The notes under the pieces are model-generated. The model saw nothing but the letters and a program-made list of their open reading frames with translations. It was not told the DNA's origin and did no database searches. Positions 35,084 through 44,750 of a DNA stretch of 51,268 nt are shown piece after piece (position 1 is the first letter of the stretch; the number at the start of each line of letters is the position of its first letter). A program made the position numbers and the translations under genes. Origin of the DNA: a virus (Duplodnaviria > Caudoviricetes); IMG/VR virus record IMGVR_UViG_3300045242_000078, positions 1 through 51,268 of that record. The stretch is one strand, 5' to 3'.

Positions 35084-35554
35084 TCAGGCGAGCGCCATTT
35101 TCCACGCTTCGGCATAGAACCCGGCCCACGTAGCATGTCGAGGCGCACCGGGGCGCCAACATTCGAGGTATTGAATCCAGCCTTCCTCCGCATTGCCCTG
35201 CTCCGGCAGAGGATCATGAATTGTCCAGAGCAGGCAGCGCATGTAGGCGAGGCAGAGCACATCGTTGTGCTCAATGGCGGCGTAGCTGGTTTCTGGTTTG
35301 TAATCGTAGTCTAAGCGGTCAAGCACACTGCGGATCAAGGGCTGGCTCGCCTTGTCGTTGAGAACGCCGCGAATGCCGGATAGCTCGAATTGCGCGAATC
35401 CGTGAGCCGGCCCACCGATCTGCCGGCGCGCGTCCCACCGGCTTTCCTGCATCGGGATGGCGAACATCATGGCTTTGGCTTCGATACTGTCCATAGGGGC
35501 AGGCAGAAGCGAAGCCGCAGCTTTGTAAGTCGCCCCGAACGCCGTAAAACTCAC
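35084..35554 (-). CDS. Putative endolysin (lysozyme-like/transglycosylase fold)
   Basis: AI.MQES....RRQ.GGPA.GF.QFE catalytic-Glu pattern; end of lysis cluster; GTGA start. Confidence 0.65.
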   Translation of the reverse strand: MSFTAFGATYKAAASLLPAPMDSIEAKAMMFAIPMQESRWDARRQIGGPAHGFAQFELSGIRGVLNDKASQPLIRSVLDRLDYDYKPETSYAAIEHNDVLCLAYMRCLLWTIHDPLPEQGNAEEGWIQYLECWRPGAPRHATWAGFYAEAWKMALA

Positions 35555-35829
35555 GTCAGCCTTGCTTCCGCCGCCGCCAACGCCGTGTCCGCCGCCGAGA
35601 ACGGAGCCAGCCAGCGCGGATCGTTGTCGAGCCATTTTTCGGACTGCGCCTGCTGTAGGATGCCGCCGGCTTGAAGCATCGCTTGCGAGATGCCAGCCGC
35701 CACCGGAATGAGAGCCGAGACGATCGCCAGATTCTGGTTCGGCGCCGTGGCCGCGCTGTGCATGGTGGTATAGACCTGTAGGCCCGCCTCGGCGAGTTGG
35801 GCGAGTAGTGCGACTATGGCCGGATTCAT
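35551..35829 (-). CDS. Lysis-cluster amphipathic protein
   Basis: Coupled to lipoprotein gene. Confidence 0.55.
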   Translation of the reverse strand: MNPAIVALLAQLAEAGLQVYTTMHSAATAPNQNLAIVSALIPVAAGISQAMLQAGGILQQAQSEKWLDNDPRWLAPFSAADTALAAAEARLT

Positions 35830-36185
35830 CAGCGGATTCCCCCGTTGTAAGCCGCAAGCTGGTCAATCAGGCTTGCGAGTGTCGTCAGGTAGACCTGACT
35901 CCGCGTTGCATCCTGCTGCATAGCCGCGTTCCGCGCATCGATCAGCGTCGCGTGCGCCTGGGCTTCGATGACCTTGGCCTTGTCGTAATTCGGCCCAACG
36001 AGGATGCCCTGAGTGTGGAGGTCAGCTATGGCATTGACGGCTGCGGTCAGGCTGATTTCCAAGGCGTAGACGGACTGCGTGGGCGATTTGGGCGTGACGA
36101 GGACGACGTTGCCGGTGGCCGGATCGGTAGCGCATCCAGCCAGCGCGAACGCGATCAGGCACGCGCCGAGTAGTTTGCGCATCAA
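35829..36185 (-). CDS. Lipoprotein (spanin-like position)
   Basis: Signal peptide with LAGC lipobox. Confidence 0.7.
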   Translation of the reverse strand: MMRKLLGACLIAFALAGCATDPATGNVVLVTPKSPTQSVYALEISLTAAVNAIADLHTQGILVGPNYDKAKVIEAQAHATLIDARNAAMQQDATRSQVYLTTLASLIDQLAAYNGGIR

Positions 36186-36469
36186 GCCGCCGGCGGTACG
36201 ACGGGCGCCGGAACGATGGCGCGAATCGAGGCATCCAGCGCCGTCAACGACGCCAGTAGGGAATCGGAGTCCGCCGGCGTGATAATCACGTCGCCGGTCA
36301 ATGCCGCAGTGAGCGAAGCAACATCGGTCTGGATGGTCGTAATTGCGGTTTGCAACTGAGCGAGAGTAGCCATGATCTGAGTTTCCTTTTTGATTATGTA
36401 CAGCAATGTGTGTTTCAGGTGTGCATCGCTGATACTGTCCACATGCACGATGATTTCGGTAAGTTCCAT
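36182..36469 (-). CDS. Coiled-coil hypothetical protein
   Basis: MATLAQLQ heptads; possible internal start at 36373. Confidence 0.5.
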   Translation of the reverse strand: MELTEIIVHVDSISDAHLKHTLLYIIKKETQIMATLAQLQTAITTIQTDVASLTAALTGDVIITPADSDSLLASLTALDASIRAIVPAPVVPPAA

Positions 36470-36936
36470 TTGCGCGGCATCCTAGCAGGTTGAAGTGCTG
36501 CCGTCTGTGCGGTCAGCGGTCCGTTACCATGACCAAAACCGCGAGAAACAACAGCACGGCCACAAGCACCATGCCAATGTCGGCCCACCGGATATAGCCG
36601 CGTTGCGTCAACACTTTATGAGTTTGCACAGCAACAAAACGGCCAAGCACGCCAGCGCGTAGGCCGCGACGGCGATTGCGAGGTTTTCAAAATTCAACGG
36701 CATTTTTAGAAAGTCTTTCCGTTCCAAATGATGGGAATTGCGGTGTTTTGTCCGCGCGTCAATCGTGCCGAGTGAATCATGTCGTCAACGTTGCGATAAC
36801 GATAGGTGCGGCAGATAACCACGTCGTCCCCATCCTTGGTCTTGCCGATGACGCTGAAAAGGAACCCGCCGCCGCTCTCGAAGCAGAAATAGCGGTCAAT
36901 CGAAACGGGGCGCGGATTGGCGGACATGCGCGCATT

Positions 36937-37290
36937 TTAATGGCCGGCGAGCGGTTCCGCGAGCGCGTCAACCGGCGGCAGTTTCGGCGCGATGACTTTG
37001 ATGAGCGTCGGCACTTCGGACGCGGCGACGAGCGGAGTAGGCCCCGTCGTTCCGTCCGATATGGTCTGTCCGACCCTAACCGCTACGACTAGATCATCCT
37101 TCGCCTTGCGCGCCGCCGTGATTTTTTCAAGCACCCCGACAAGCGCGGGTAGCGCGACCATGAGCGATCCGACCAAGGCGGATGCCGTTTCGGATGAAAG
37201 CAGGTTTTTTGCGGCCAGCCATGCGCCGCCCGCAATGAGCATTGAGCGGACTGCGGACCACACGGAACGGCGTATTTCGTCATCCATCAA
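36937..37290 (-). CDS. Putative holin
   Basis: Two TM helices (R..LIAGGAWL...), basic after TM2; in lysis cluster. Confidence 0.6.
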   Translation of the reverse strand: MMDDEIRRSVWSAVRSMLIAGGAWLAAKNLLSSETASALVGSLMVALPALVGVLEKITAARKAKDDLVVAVRVGQTISDGTTGPTPLVAASEVPTLIKVIAPKLPPVDALAEPLAGH

Positions 37291-37598
37291 CGCGCCCGCC
37301 TCGCCGCCGCCAGTTCGTCTTTAAGCTCTTTCACGGTTTCAATCAAAAAACGGTGCTCTGCGGAAAAGCCAGCAATAGCGATTTTTAGATCGTTGGAATT
37401 CTCTTTGGCCTTGTCCATCTGTTCCCGGAACGCGATCGCTTGGTCTGATTGCAGTTTCTGTTGTTTTTGTATCTCAGGAATTTGGTCGATCTTGCCAAAA
37501 ACCCCGGTCACGCCAGCCACCACGAAGCCCAAGATCGTTGTCGCCATCGCCATGACGAGCGTGCGAACAATCTCTCCACGCATGCCTGGCATGTCCAT
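37287..37598 (-). CDS. Single-TM coiled-coil protein (lysis cluster)
   Basis: N-terminal TM then heptads. Confidence 0.55.
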   Translation of the reverse strand: MDMPGMRGEIVRTLVMAMATTILGFVVAGVTGVFGKIDQIPEIQKQQKLQSDQAIAFREQMDKAKENSNDLKIAIAGFSAEHRFLIETVKELKDELAAARRAR

Positions 37599-37789
37599 GC
37601 TATTGCTCGTAGTGCATACGCAGCAAGAAGACCAAAACGCCGAATACGACAGTGATTAGCAGGCCGAACAAGTCGCGCGCCGAGGTGTGAAAGAAGTGAC
37701 GAGAGGGAGGATTTTGCATTGCGCAGCATTATCGCATGTTGCGTGCCGAACCATCTGTTCGGCAGGACGCTATAGGCAAAACGTCACAA

Positions 37790-38686
37790 TTAATAGGCAA
37801 TGCAATTGAAAACCAATACGTCGCCAGCCGTGTAGGCGAGCGCGAGGCCGTTCACAAGTGATACCTGCACCATAGTCGCAAGCGTGGCCGGCGTTGCTCC
37901 CGCCACCTGATTGATTACCGTATTCACGCCGCCGCCGAGACTGAGATTGTTTCCCCTGCAAGCCCAACCATTCGCGGCTGTGGGCAAGGTGATATTTCCG
38001 GCTGACGAGGGTGCGCTGCCAACGGTGATTTTGAACGCCGCCGTATTGTTGCAAGGCGAGCACGTCGGCCCGGTTCCGAAGCCGGATGCAATCGTCGGGT
38101 TCGTGCTACTCATGATAAGGTTGCCGGCATCGTCGTTTAGCGCGGTGCTGGAGAGCGCTCCAGAGAGTGCAATTCCAGAGCTAAAGATCGTTGCAATTGT
38201 AACGCCATTAACCCTGAACAGATGCGACGCGCCTTCATAAATGCCTTGTACGTCCGCGGTATCTCCGAGATTGCGAGACGCCCATTGAGCAACAGAAGAC
38301 CCTGCTGTTACCCGTGCGGAAGCAGTACCGTCTTGGGCAATCGCTACTAAGCCGCTCCCGCCGCCAATACTCGTTGCGGTTATTATCCCGGTCGCAGAAA
38401 CCGAGGTGAACGTGCCCGCGCCGCCAGTGATTGAGTTTGCGCCGACGTTGATTGGGTTCGTGGTCGAGAGCAGCGTCCCGGAGGTCGGCAGAATCAGCGA
38501 AGTGGGCGCCGTCATGGTCAGCGTGGTAGCGAACGATCCGGCTGTAGTGAGCGCCCCGCCGAGCGTGAGCGTGCTGGAATTTGGATTTCTGATTCCAGTG
38601 CCGCCCGAATACGGCGACGTCTGAGCGAGCGCGGAGCCAGCCGATACGGCGGCGAATAAGGCAAGTGCGGCAAAAATTCGTTTCAT
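37790..38686 (-). CDS. Tail-fibre-like beta protein with Sec-type signal peptide
   Basis: MKRIFAALALFAAVSAGSALA|Q; Gly/Thr/Ser-rich; PTIASGFG, P.AANGWAC motifs. Confidence 0.6.
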   Translation of the reverse strand: MKRIFAALALFAAVSAGSALAQTSPYSGGTGIRNPNSSTLTLGGALTTAGSFATTLTMTAPTSLILPTSGTLLSTTNPINVGANSITGGAGTFTSVSATGIITATSIGGGSGLVAIAQDGTASARVTAGSSVAQWASRNLGDTADVQGIYEGASHLFRVNGVTIATIFSSGIALSGALSSTALNDDAGNLIMSSTNPTIASGFGTGPTCSPCNNTAAFKITVGSAPSSAGNITLPTAANGWACRGNNLSLGGGVNTVINQVAGATPATLATMVQVSLVNGLALAYTAGDVLVFNCIAY

Positions 38687-38691
38687 GGGAT

Positions 38692-39105
38692 TCAGGCAGA
38701 AATCACGGCGTCCCACGCGCCAACTCCGGTCAGGCTGAGCGACGTAGCCCATGCGATCATCGCCTTTCCCGCAGGTAGAGAAATCCCCGTCGCAGTCGCT
38801 ACGCCGTTGATCGTGTCGGTGTTCGTGCCGAACACCTGGCAGGCGTTCGCGCCTGCGTTGCGGATGAACATAAGCACGCCGACCGCGGCCATGCGCGCAT
38901 CCCCGTTGGCAAGCGGCAGAATTTCTGGCAGCGCGACGGAATCGCCGGTGGTGCCAACGGTGTCGATTCGGCTGATCTGAGCCGACAAGGGATAGGCATT
39001 CGCTTGCACTCCGCTTGGCGTGGCGACGATGCCAGTTTCGGTATTCGTGCCGGTGAGGTAACGGAATTGCGCGAGGTTATCAGGGCTTTGCGGTGTTGCG
39101 GTCAT
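38692..39105 (-). CDS. Hypothetical structural protein
   Basis: AGGAG SD; DTINGVA..TG motif. Confidence 0.65.
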   Translation of the reverse strand: MTATPQSPDNLAQFRYLTGTNTETGIVATPSGVQANAYPLSAQISRIDTVGTTGDSVALPEILPLANGDARMAAVGVLMFIRNAGANACQVFGTNTDTINGVATATGISLPAGKAMIAWATSLSLTGVGAWDAVISA

Positions 39106-39125
39106 GATTGAATCTCCTAGTTAGG

Positions 39126-40907
39126 TTATGGTATCGACGTCACAGCAGTCCTCGCCAATCCGGCCACGATGGCATAGCCGTTTGCATTCAGATGTATATT
39201 GTCCCCGGCATAGAAAGCCACATTCGTTTCTGATCCCGCCGGGCCTATGTTCGCCTGCGCCGCCACATCGCACAAGGCATCTGCAAACGTGGGCCAATTG
39301 GCTCTGATGCTGGTATTTGCAGATTGTCTTGCGGTCTCAAAGCCACCCGGTAAGCCAGCATCAGATCGCGGTAACACGGTGAACGCAATCACCTTCCAAC
39401 CAGCCGCCTTACGTGCCTGACAATAAGCAACGAAGTTGGCATAGGCAGTGGCAACGGCAACGCTCGCACTAAGCTCATTGGTGATTTCCCATGCGCCGAG
39501 TATGTGTTTCGTGTTGCCGTCCTGCAATATCGGATCAATCTGCGTTGCCGCATCGGAGGACATTTGGGTGGTGGTCTGCCCTGGAACGCCAAAGTTCCAC
39601 GAGTTCCACGTTGCGCCGAGAAGCGCGACGAGTTGCTTTACGTAGTCAAATCCTGCTCCCGCTCCAGTTCCGAATGTAAGGCTGTTACCGTCTCCAACGA
39701 AGAGGTTAGGCCCAAGCGTAAAAGTTAATGCTGGAAACGCTGCGGCGCTTTGTTGTACAGGATAAATCTTTACATTGCGTAAGACGCCGTTAAACTGTTC
39801 TCCACCAACAGAATTACACCCGATACCGATTGCGCCAACCGCCATTGCGCCGTCGAATGCGCCCACAGCAGGACTAGGCGCCGCGCCGTCACCCGTCACC
39901 ATCATACCGAACGGTCCCCACGACGTAGCCCGCTTGCGCACGCCCGTACTCATGTCGGTCAGGCTGCTTTTAGTTAGAAATGTCGTTCCATCCGTCATTT
40001 GTATCTGTACTGACAAGGACGATCCTGAGTACATGACACGATTGCCAATCGCAACACAATTACCTGCCGCCGTAGTCCAATTGGAACTCAGTTCCGCACA
40101 GGCCATGCCCTGCGTGATGTCCATGTTCCCGGCCTGCGGGAAAGTCCACACGTCAGCCGCGCGTGCCGCGCCAGCCGTAGCCATCGGGCTTGTGGCGAAC
40201 TGCGTAGCAGCCAGCGCCTCGAATCCATTAAAGTCCACGTCGATTGAGTCACCTGTTGAGCCGATCAGCACGCCATAGGCCACGTTGAGCACGCTCACAT
40301 TGAGTTCGCAACGGGTTAGCGTCACGCTGTTCAGGTCAGCGGTCACATCCTTCGTCGTAACGCCCTGCTGGATCAGGATGGTCCCGCTGCCGCCAACACG
40401 GCGAATGAATGGGCTGTAGGTGCGCGCCGACGCCGCAGCTACCAGCGTCATCAAGATAGTCGTGTTCGGCGCGTTCGCCACGATGCGGGTGCATGAGTTC
40501 GGCATGCCATCAATGCCGGTGCCGGTCAGTGTAATCGTGGGCGCTCCGATCTTGATCCAGGCCGCGTTGGTCATGTCCCGGATTGCTGCGGTAGGCGTAG
40601 TCAACTGCACGCCCGCAGGCTCGCTCCAATATCCGCCATACGGCCCAACGCCGGTATCGCGCCCAAGATAGGTCGCGCGGGCAATGCCTGTTGCGACCTG
40701 CCCCCACAAGCCGCTTGCGAGCTTCGTCCATGCGACCGAAGCACGAGTGAACGTGCCGACAGGAGAACCCGAAGACTGCGCCGGAACCGTGTTGACGATG
40801 CCGTTGCCTAAATCGTTTAGCGGCAGGTTGAAAGAGGGAAAGCCAATCCCGCCCCCGGCAGAACCGAAGATGCGCAAAGTCCTCTTGCCGGCGCCTACGT
40901 GGAGCAT
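39126..40907 (-). CDS. Tail protein with C-terminal SGNH/GDSL hydrolase domain
   Basis: GDGNSLT (block I), GVPGQTT (II), ITNE (III), DNIHLN..GY (V). Confidence 0.75.
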   Translation of the reverse strand: MLHVGAGKRTLRIFGSAGGGIGFPSFNLPLNDLGNGIVNTVPAQSSGSPVGTFTRASVAWTKLASGLWGQVATGIARATYLGRDTGVGPYGGYWSEPAGVQLTTPTAAIRDMTNAAWIKIGAPTITLTGTGIDGMPNSCTRIVANAPNTTILMTLVAAASARTYSPFIRRVGGSGTILIQQGVTTKDVTADLNSVTLTRCELNVSVLNVAYGVLIGSTGDSIDVDFNGFEALAATQFATSPMATAGAARAADVWTFPQAGNMDITQGMACAELSSNWTTAAGNCVAIGNRVMYSGSSLSVQIQMTDGTTFLTKSSLTDMSTGVRKRATSWGPFGMMVTGDGAAPSPAVGAFDGAMAVGAIGIGCNSVGGEQFNGVLRNVKIYPVQQSAAAFPALTFTLGPNLFVGDGNSLTFGTGAGAGFDYVKQLVALLGATWNSWNFGVPGQTTTQMSSDAATQIDPILQDGNTKHILGAWEITNELSASVAVATAYANFVAYCQARKAAGWKVIAFTVLPRSDAGLPGGFETARQSANTSIRANWPTFADALCDVAAQANIGPAGSETNVAFYAGDNIHLNANGYAIVAGLARTAVTSIP

Positions 40908-41246
40908 CTACAACCCATCTCCGTTGGTGATCTCGAACGATGCACCTGAGGAAGCTATGAACCACGAATTCGGCGCCATCGTGAATACTTCGACGCTCGC
41001 CGGAAGCATCCCGATTGTTCGTGGGCTCGGCGTGCCCAACGCAGGCGCCGTTGCTACCATCCCGGCAGGCGCAGCGGCGGACGGGCCCGGCGGCGAGGAC
41101 TGAAACCACGCCTGCGCCGTCAGGCTTAAGTTGCGCACGCGGTAATTCGTGAGTTGAAGCGTACTAGCGGAGGTGACCTGAACCGCCGCGCTTGAATCGA
41201 CAAAGAACGTGCTATTCGCCATCGGCGAGAAGGCTGAATTGTTCAT
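40908..41246 (-). CDS. Small structural protein
   Basis: ITNGDGL C-terminus; coupled. Confidence 0.6.
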   Translation of the reverse strand: MNNSAFSPMANSTFFVDSSAAVQVTSASTLQLTNYRVRNLSLTAQAWFQSSPPGPSAAAPAGMVATAPALGTPSPRTIGMLPASVEVFTMAPNSWFIASSGASFEITNGDGL

Positions 41247-41500
41247 GAGTCGTCCCCTTTTTTCGGCCAGCCTGATCCGCGATTGCGCGGCACTTCGACG
41301 CCAAGGAATTCGCCGTACGGCGCGTTGACCGGAACTTCAATCGGTTCCGTGATCGGCATGAGGGAACCGGTGCGCGTCGGAATCTCGCCCGGCTTCCACG
41401 GCGCGTTTGCGTAGCGGGACTGTTTCTTGAGCGAGGGTTCTGGGGCGAGGACGCTGCCGAGCAAGGCAGGCGCCGGTGCGGATAGCTTACGGCTGCTCAT
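41243..41500 (-). CDS. Hypothetical protein
   Basis: GGAGG SD; start also visible at 1-47. Confidence 0.6.
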   Translation of the reverse strand: MSSRKLSAPAPALLGSVLAPEPSLKKQSRYANAPWKPGEIPTRTGSLMPITEPIEVPVNAPYGEFLGVEVPRNRGSGWPKKGDDS

Positions 41501-41741
41501 GGTTCACCTCCTGAGCGCGCCCGGATTCTGCTTTGATACTGGGAATGAATACGAACAGCGCCAAGACTAAACAAATTGCCGCCCCGACGTGACTCTCATT
41601 ATAGACGGAATAGGCCGAGAGCGCGATGATGCCAAAGAGCGCGGTCAGGCTCAGTATCCGACTCGCCATCATTTGCACGCCGAGACGTCCGAAACGAACG
41701 AGGGCTGAAATGTCCGGTACGCCGATGTCATTCATGTTCAT
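41487..41741 (-). CDS. Small two-TM membrane protein (variant X)
   Basis: Homolog of 34-288. Confidence 0.7.
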   Translation of the reverse strand: MNMNDIGVPDISALVRFGRLGVQMMASRILSLTALFGIIALSAYSVYNESHVGAAICLVLALFVFIPSIKAESGRAQEVNHEQP

Positions 41742-41970
41742 TGTCTTCCTCCTTCTGCTTGAAAAACTCTCCGGCACTGTCGTCTTGCTGCACGTTCAGA
41801 CGGATGGACTCGATCTTAATCATGCGGTCAATGATCTTGCAGCGCTCGCTCAAAGAGTACGCCGGCTGCTCGCCCTCCTTCGGTTTCGCCATCACCTCTT
41901 CCATCAAATCCTTGATCGCCTTGACGAGCTTCGGATCCACGCCCTTCGACTTCGCCTTCGGCTTGGTCAT
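41728..41970 (-). CDS. Hypothetical protein (variant X)
   Basis: Homolog of 272-517. Confidence 0.75.
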   Translation of the reverse strand: MTKPKAKSKGVDPKLVKAIKDLMEEVMAKPKEGEQPAYSLSERCKIIDRMIKIESIRLNVQQDDSAGEFFKQKEEDNEHE

Positions 41971-43187
41971 TGGCCTATGCCTGCCTTGTCCGCGTCGCGC
42001 TGCGTGACGCTTGCGGGCCGGTTGTTGCCAGCTTCGAACGCGCCAATGCCTACACGCGCGGCGGTAGCGGGAATCTGTTCGCTGCCCGAGTAGAGCATGC
42101 GTGCAATGAGTGACTTGAAAAGCGGACTGCGGTCAGCCATGAAACCGACGAACTTAGCCGGGTTCGTGGTCAGCCAGCCTAATCCCGCCGGGTTCTTGTT
42201 CGCGTCCATCAGCACCCTGCGCTCGGCGACGTTCAGCGCATTCAGCAGCTTGGATTCCTCGGCGTTCAACGGCTGCACTTGAGGCACCGCCTTTGCGATT
42301 TCCTCTTTGAGCCCGCGTGCCAATGTCTTCTGCGCCTCAATGTCAGCGCCTTTCAGTTCGCCATACGACTTGTCGCCGAGGGAGCGGTAGGTGCCCTGTT
42401 TCAATTCTTGCGCGAGATTCACCGGAATATCCTGCTTGCCGACAAGAAGGGGATGGTTCAGGAATTCGTCCCATGCCTTCTGGATTGCGGCGACGTCCGA
42501 CTGCGGCGTTACCTGCTTTTCAAACTTCGTCAGCGCATCCTGCAACGTGTTGGCGACTTTGCTCTTGTCCACGGTAGCAGGCGAATTCTGAATCAACTGC
42601 TTGATCTGCTGATTCAGGCCGGAGATTTTGTCTTGGAGTTTGTCCACGCCGCCGGGGGTGACGTTGATGCCTTCCTCAAGCATTGTGTCGATTGCCTTTC
42701 CCGCCTTCCCGGTTCGCAGCGTTTCGAGCGTAGGCTTGAGGGCGCTTTGCATCATGCGCTTACCCTCGGCTTGGAACGCGAGGGACGCGCCCTTGGCGAC
42801 TTCTCCCCCTAGCAGCATGGGCAAGGTCTGCAAACCGACGTTCGCGGCGTAGCCCGCCCCTGCGGCCACCTTCGGGGACATTCCGACCTTTGCCGCCGCG
42901 TCTGTCACCCGCCCCCCGCCTTCGTAGGCGGCCCTATCGAGCAGCTTCCCGGCGGTTTCCGTCCCCTTCATGATGCCGGTAATCGGCAAACCCATCAGCC
43001 CGAATTTGCCAACGTTCGACAGAGCGGACTCTGCCGTAGATCGGAGCGCGGACGGCGGTTCCTTCTTGGCTGGAGGTGCAGGCGCGGCAGGCTTCGCGTC
43101 AAGGGTGAATCCCGGCGGAGGCGGCGGTACAGCCTCGTCCAGCGTGAACCCAGGCGGCAGCGACGCTACGGGGTCATCGGTTGCCAT
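41967..43187 (-). CDS. Ejection protein 3 (variant X), PPGFTLD N-terminal repeats
   Basis: Near-identical to 514-1728 except the first ~45 aa. Confidence 0.65.
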   Translation of the reverse strand: MATDDPVASLPPGFTLDEAVPPPPPGFTLDAKPAAPAPPAKKEPPSALRSTAESALSNVGKFGLMGLPITGIMKGTETAGKLLDRAAYEGGGRVTDAAAKVGMSPKVAAGAGYAANVGLQTLPMLLGGEVAKGASLAFQAEGKRMMQSALKPTLETLRTGKAGKAIDTMLEEGINVTPGGVDKLQDKISGLNQQIKQLIQNSPATVDKSKVANTLQDALTKFEKQVTPQSDVAAIQKAWDEFLNHPLLVGKQDIPVNLAQELKQGTYRSLGDKSYGELKGADIEAQKTLARGLKEEIAKAVPQVQPLNAEESKLLNALNVAERRVLMDANKNPAGLGWLTTNPAKFVGFMADRSPLFKSLIARMLYSGSEQIPATAARVGIGAFEAGNNRPASVTQRDADKAGIGQ

Positions 43188-44740
43188 TTGCCGTCCTTGA
43201 ACTGTATTTTCTTGCCGTCAGGCCCGGTTGCGGTCGGCATGGTAGGTGATGCGGGTGCGCCGTCAGCGGGTACGCTCGGCCGAGCGGAACCGATGCGCTG
43301 CTTGTCGATTGCGCGCTCAAACGTCTTGATACGCTCCTTGCCCTCATCGTGCATCGCCTCGCCCACGGCATCGAACGAAGCTGGCGTCATGTTGATGTTG
43401 GCCCACTTGCGCGCTTCCTCCTGCGCGCCTTGGTGCAGTTGCGCGATGGACGCCTGCCCGCCAGATAGGATACGAGCCGACTCCTGCCCAGTCGCTGACA
43501 GGTAGTAGAACAAGCTCGAATACGCCGGATTCCCGGTCCATTTTTCCTCGCCGCGGGCGATTGCGTTCAGGAGCGGGGACAGGTCGGTTGACCCGAGCTT
43601 CTTCATTTCCTCCTTGGTTTTCTTGATGTTGAAATCCAGTTGGTCAACGGCTTGCCGGGTTGCCCCGAGCATGGCGGTTAGCTGCGTTACGCTGCGCTGC
43701 CCGGCGACGTAGCCGATTTTCCGGTTCGCCAGTTCCTCCCCTGCTTGCTGGTCGGTCATGCCGGTCTGAGATTTGATCTGCGAAATGGCGGCGACGCGAA
43801 GCTGCTCGCGCTTGTGCGAAACGTCCATGCCGTAGCCGGGGAGCACTTGATTGATGGGCATCCCTGCCGCCACCTGTGCGCCGCCGCTGGCAAGCTCCGA
43901 TTCGCTCATGATGGGGCCGGTTTTCTTGTCCGCCTGATCTTTGCGGAAATCCATCATTTCGCGGAAATGGCTGTCTGCCTGCGCCCGAGCCTTGGCAGCT
44001 TCCTCTTTCTTGTCCTCGCGCGCCTGCTGGCGGTCGCCAAGCTGCGCCCGCACCGTAATCGCCCTGTCCAGCGCCTTTTCGGTCGATTGGACAATGCTTT
44101 CTCCACGTTTTACCTTATCCGACAGAGATTTCTGCTCGTGCCCGGCCGCTTTGTCGTCAAAATCGTACCTTTCGAGGATTAAATCATGCTCCAGCGTCCA
44201 CGCGGCGACGTTGTTCTTGTTTTTCCGGTCGTTCGCGGCCATGTCGCGCTGCAAAGCGGCGTTGCGCTCCTTCATTGAGGCAAGGTTCGTGTCGTAAATC
44301 TTCAAGGATTCGGCGACTTGGCGATCATCCTCCTTCATGAAGCCGTTCATCGCCCCGGTAAGCGCCGTCATCGTGTTGTTGTAGGGCGAGCGGGACGCCT
44401 TTCCGGCGAACATGGAGGCTACCAGCAGCATGCCGAAGGTCTTTTGAAGCTCCTGCGGGTCCAAAGCGGGCCGCTGGAATGGCTCCATGCGCTCTTCCTT
44501 CTGGATTGGCTCGTCCGCGGCCTTGTGCGCCGCCTCTTTCAGCTTGTCGGCGGACGGCTTTAGCTCCGCAGCGGCATCCCGCGCCCGCTGTGCACGGCTG
44601 GCCGAAAGGTCGGACTCCTGCTGCTGGAGGTCGGCCACGTCCCCCGTCTGCCCCGCGCTTTTTCCCTCCAGATCGAAGATTCGACGGTCAAATTGCTGCC
44701 CGAGGCCAGCAGAATCGACGGTTGCTTGGTCAAGAGCCAT
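43166..44740 (-). CDS. Ejection protein 2 (variant X)
   Basis: N-terminal ~230 aa shared with 1725-3269; C-terminal half different. Confidence 0.65.
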   Translation of the reverse strand: MALDQATVDSAGLGQQFDRRIFDLEGKSAGQTGDVADLQQQESDLSASRAQRARDAAAELKPSADKLKEAAHKAADEPIQKEERMEPFQRPALDPQELQKTFGMLLVASMFAGKASRSPYNNTMTALTGAMNGFMKEDDRQVAESLKIYDTNLASMKERNAALQRDMAANDRKNKNNVAAWTLEHDLILERYDFDDKAAGHEQKSLSDKVKRGESIVQSTEKALDRAITVRAQLGDRQQAREDKKEEAAKARAQADSHFREMMDFRKDQADKKTGPIMSESELASGGAQVAAGMPINQVLPGYGMDVSHKREQLRVAAISQIKSQTGMTDQQAGEELANRKIGYVAGQRSVTQLTAMLGATRQAVDQLDFNIKKTKEEMKKLGSTDLSPLLNAIARGEEKWTGNPAYSSLFYYLSATGQESARILSGGQASIAQLHQGAQEEARKWANINMTPASFDAVGEAMHDEGKERIKTFERAIDKQRIGSARPSVPADGAPASPTMPTATGPDGKKIQFKDGKWQPMTP

Positions 44741-44750
44741 GATTTTCGCC

